From positions 99,448,001-99,512,000 of the forward strand of contig NC_043005.1 of the NCBI RefSeq assembly GCF_006345805.1: a stretch of DNA of 64,000 bases, in the 5' to 3' direction. The notes under the pieces are model-generated. The model was not told the DNA's origin and ran no database searches. It saw only the letters and a program-made list of their open reading frames with translations. Every line of letters starts with the position of its first letter. Position 1 is the stretch's first letter. Shown here one piece after another: positions 62,525 to 64,000 of this stretch. The translations under genes and the position numbers were made by a program. This stretch comes from Octopus sinensis. Taxonomy: Eukaryota.

Positions 62525-62555
<31 letters not shown>

Positions 62556-62594
62556 TGTATGTATGTATGTATGTATGTATGTATGTATCTATTC

Positions 62595-62793
62595 TTTTAT
62601 TCTTTTATTTGTTTCAGTCATTTGACTTCGGCCATGCTGGAGCACTGCCTTTAGTCAAACAAATCAACCCCAGGACTAATTCTTTCCAAGCCTAGTACTT
62701 ATTCTATCGGTTTCTTTTGCCAAACTGCTAAATTACGGGGATGTAAACACACCAACATCAGTTGTTAAGCGATAGTGGTGGGGACAAACAGGG

Positions 62794-62826
<33 letters not shown>

Positions 62827-63010
62827 CATATATGTATATATATATATAAATATGACCACCTCCTTTCAATTTCTTCCAACCAAATCTACTCACAAGGCTT
62901 TGGTCTTGAGGCTGTAGTAGAAGACACTTACCTAAGGTGCCACACAATGGGACTGGACTTGGGGCCATGTAGTTGGTAAGCAAGCTACTTACCACACAGC
63001 CACTCCTGCG
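62595..63010 (-). mobile_element. SINE family A (a further partial copy at 62340-62520)
   Basis: Tail-to-head motifs. Confidence 0.85.
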
Positions 63011-63067
63011 GTATGTATGTTTATATGTATGTATGTATCTATCTACATGCACAAACATACATATATA

Positions 63068-63627
63068 TACCGTAATCCCTCACCATATCGCGGTCCACCT
63101 ATCATTGTTTATCATTCAAGCTGACATCAATTCCTCCACGGTGGTGTTTTGCATTTATAAACAAATAAATATATACAAATTATAAAAATAATAAAAATAA
63201 AATAAGCGTAGGAGTGGCTGTGTGGTAAGTAGCTTGCTTATGAACCACATGGTTCTGGGTTCAGTCCCACTGCGTGGCACCTTAGCCTCAGGCCGACCAA
63301 AGCCATGTGAGTGGATTTGGTAGACGTAAACTGAAAAGAGCCCATTGCATATATGTATGTATATATATGTATGTGTGTGTATATGTTTGTGTGTCTGTGT
63401 TTGCCCCCCCCCACATCACTTGACAACCGATGCTGGTATGTTTACGTCCCCGTAACTTAGGGGTTCGGCAAATCGAGGGTGATAGAATAAGTCCTGGGGT
63501 CGATTTGCTCGACCAAAGGCGGTGCTCCAGCATGGCCACAGTCAAATGACTGAAACAAGTATTAGAGTACAGCACTGTTTCTACAACTTCATGGATTTTC
63601 ACCAGCGATAGTCAAGAGATTACTGTA
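63068..63627. mobile_element. Tigger/pogo-like MITE interrupted by a family A SINE
   Basis: TACCGTAATCCCTCACCATATCGCGG vs reverse complement of right end TACAGTAATCTCTTGACTATCGCTGG. Confidence 0.65.
63206..63560 (+). mobile_element. SINE family A
   Basis: GCGTAGGAGTGGCTGTGTGG head; CAAATGACTGAAACAAG tail. Confidence 0.9.
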
Positions 63628-63632
63628 TAGAT

Positions 63633-63678
<46 letters not shown>

Positions 63679-63718
63679 CCCTATGTCTTTCGCTCTTCTT
63701 ACCTCTACATATGACTCT

Positions 63719-63772
63719 GCATTCTGATGATGTCGACAACTACAACTAGTAAACAGAAACGATCATGAATGT
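63719..63772 (+). ncRNA. Decayed minimal hammerhead ribozyme motif
   Basis: GCATT-CTGATGA-TGT..ACA-GAA-ACGATCAT-G-AATG. Confidence 0.45.
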
Positions 63773-64000
63773 ACTATTACTACCACTTTTCTTTATCAAT
63801 TAATTAAATTAATGGCTTACTAGCGCAAGTGACCAACTTCTTCCTTTTATTTTACCTCCATTTTCTTCTTGCATATAATTTAAACTACGGTTTACCCACT
63901 GAATTACCTGCTACTGTATACCTTTTACCAAGCACTGTACCTACGCAGGTAATCACCAGGAACACCTATGGATTTAACCACCCCTTACAGGTTTTAAACA

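Overview
AT-rich, repeat-saturated eukaryotic DNA. The repeat families, the microsatellite density and a mollusc-type 5S sequence point to an octopod cephalopod genome (inference). No intact host gene is evident, and most ORFs in the track are readings of (TA)n/(CA)n/(TACA)n microsatellites. Contents: three tRNA-headed SINE families (labelled A, B, C here; about 40 copies); decayed RTE-clade LINE pieces (endonuclease, RT core, RT C-terminus, many 3'UTR ends); one RLE-type (R4/Dong-like) LINE piece; three Penelope-like element (PLE) coding remnants; a Tc1/mariner remnant; several MITEs; a non-autonomous Helitron; and a 5S rRNA pseudogene. Most notable: (1) decayed minimal type-I hammerhead ribozyme motifs in at least four unrelated repeat families, one fused behind a tRNA-type Pol III head (46760-47058); (2) a 1.3-kb near-perfect palindrome with a third copy carrying the central spacer in flipped orientation (6109-7660); (3) a ~48-copy 68-bp satellite born inside an RTE reverse-transcriptase ORF (49847-53099); (4) a 5S pseudogene abutting a SINE head; (5) several long inverted repeats. 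All motif calls and identities were made by eye. Repeat boundaries are approximate to roughly 10-30 bp.
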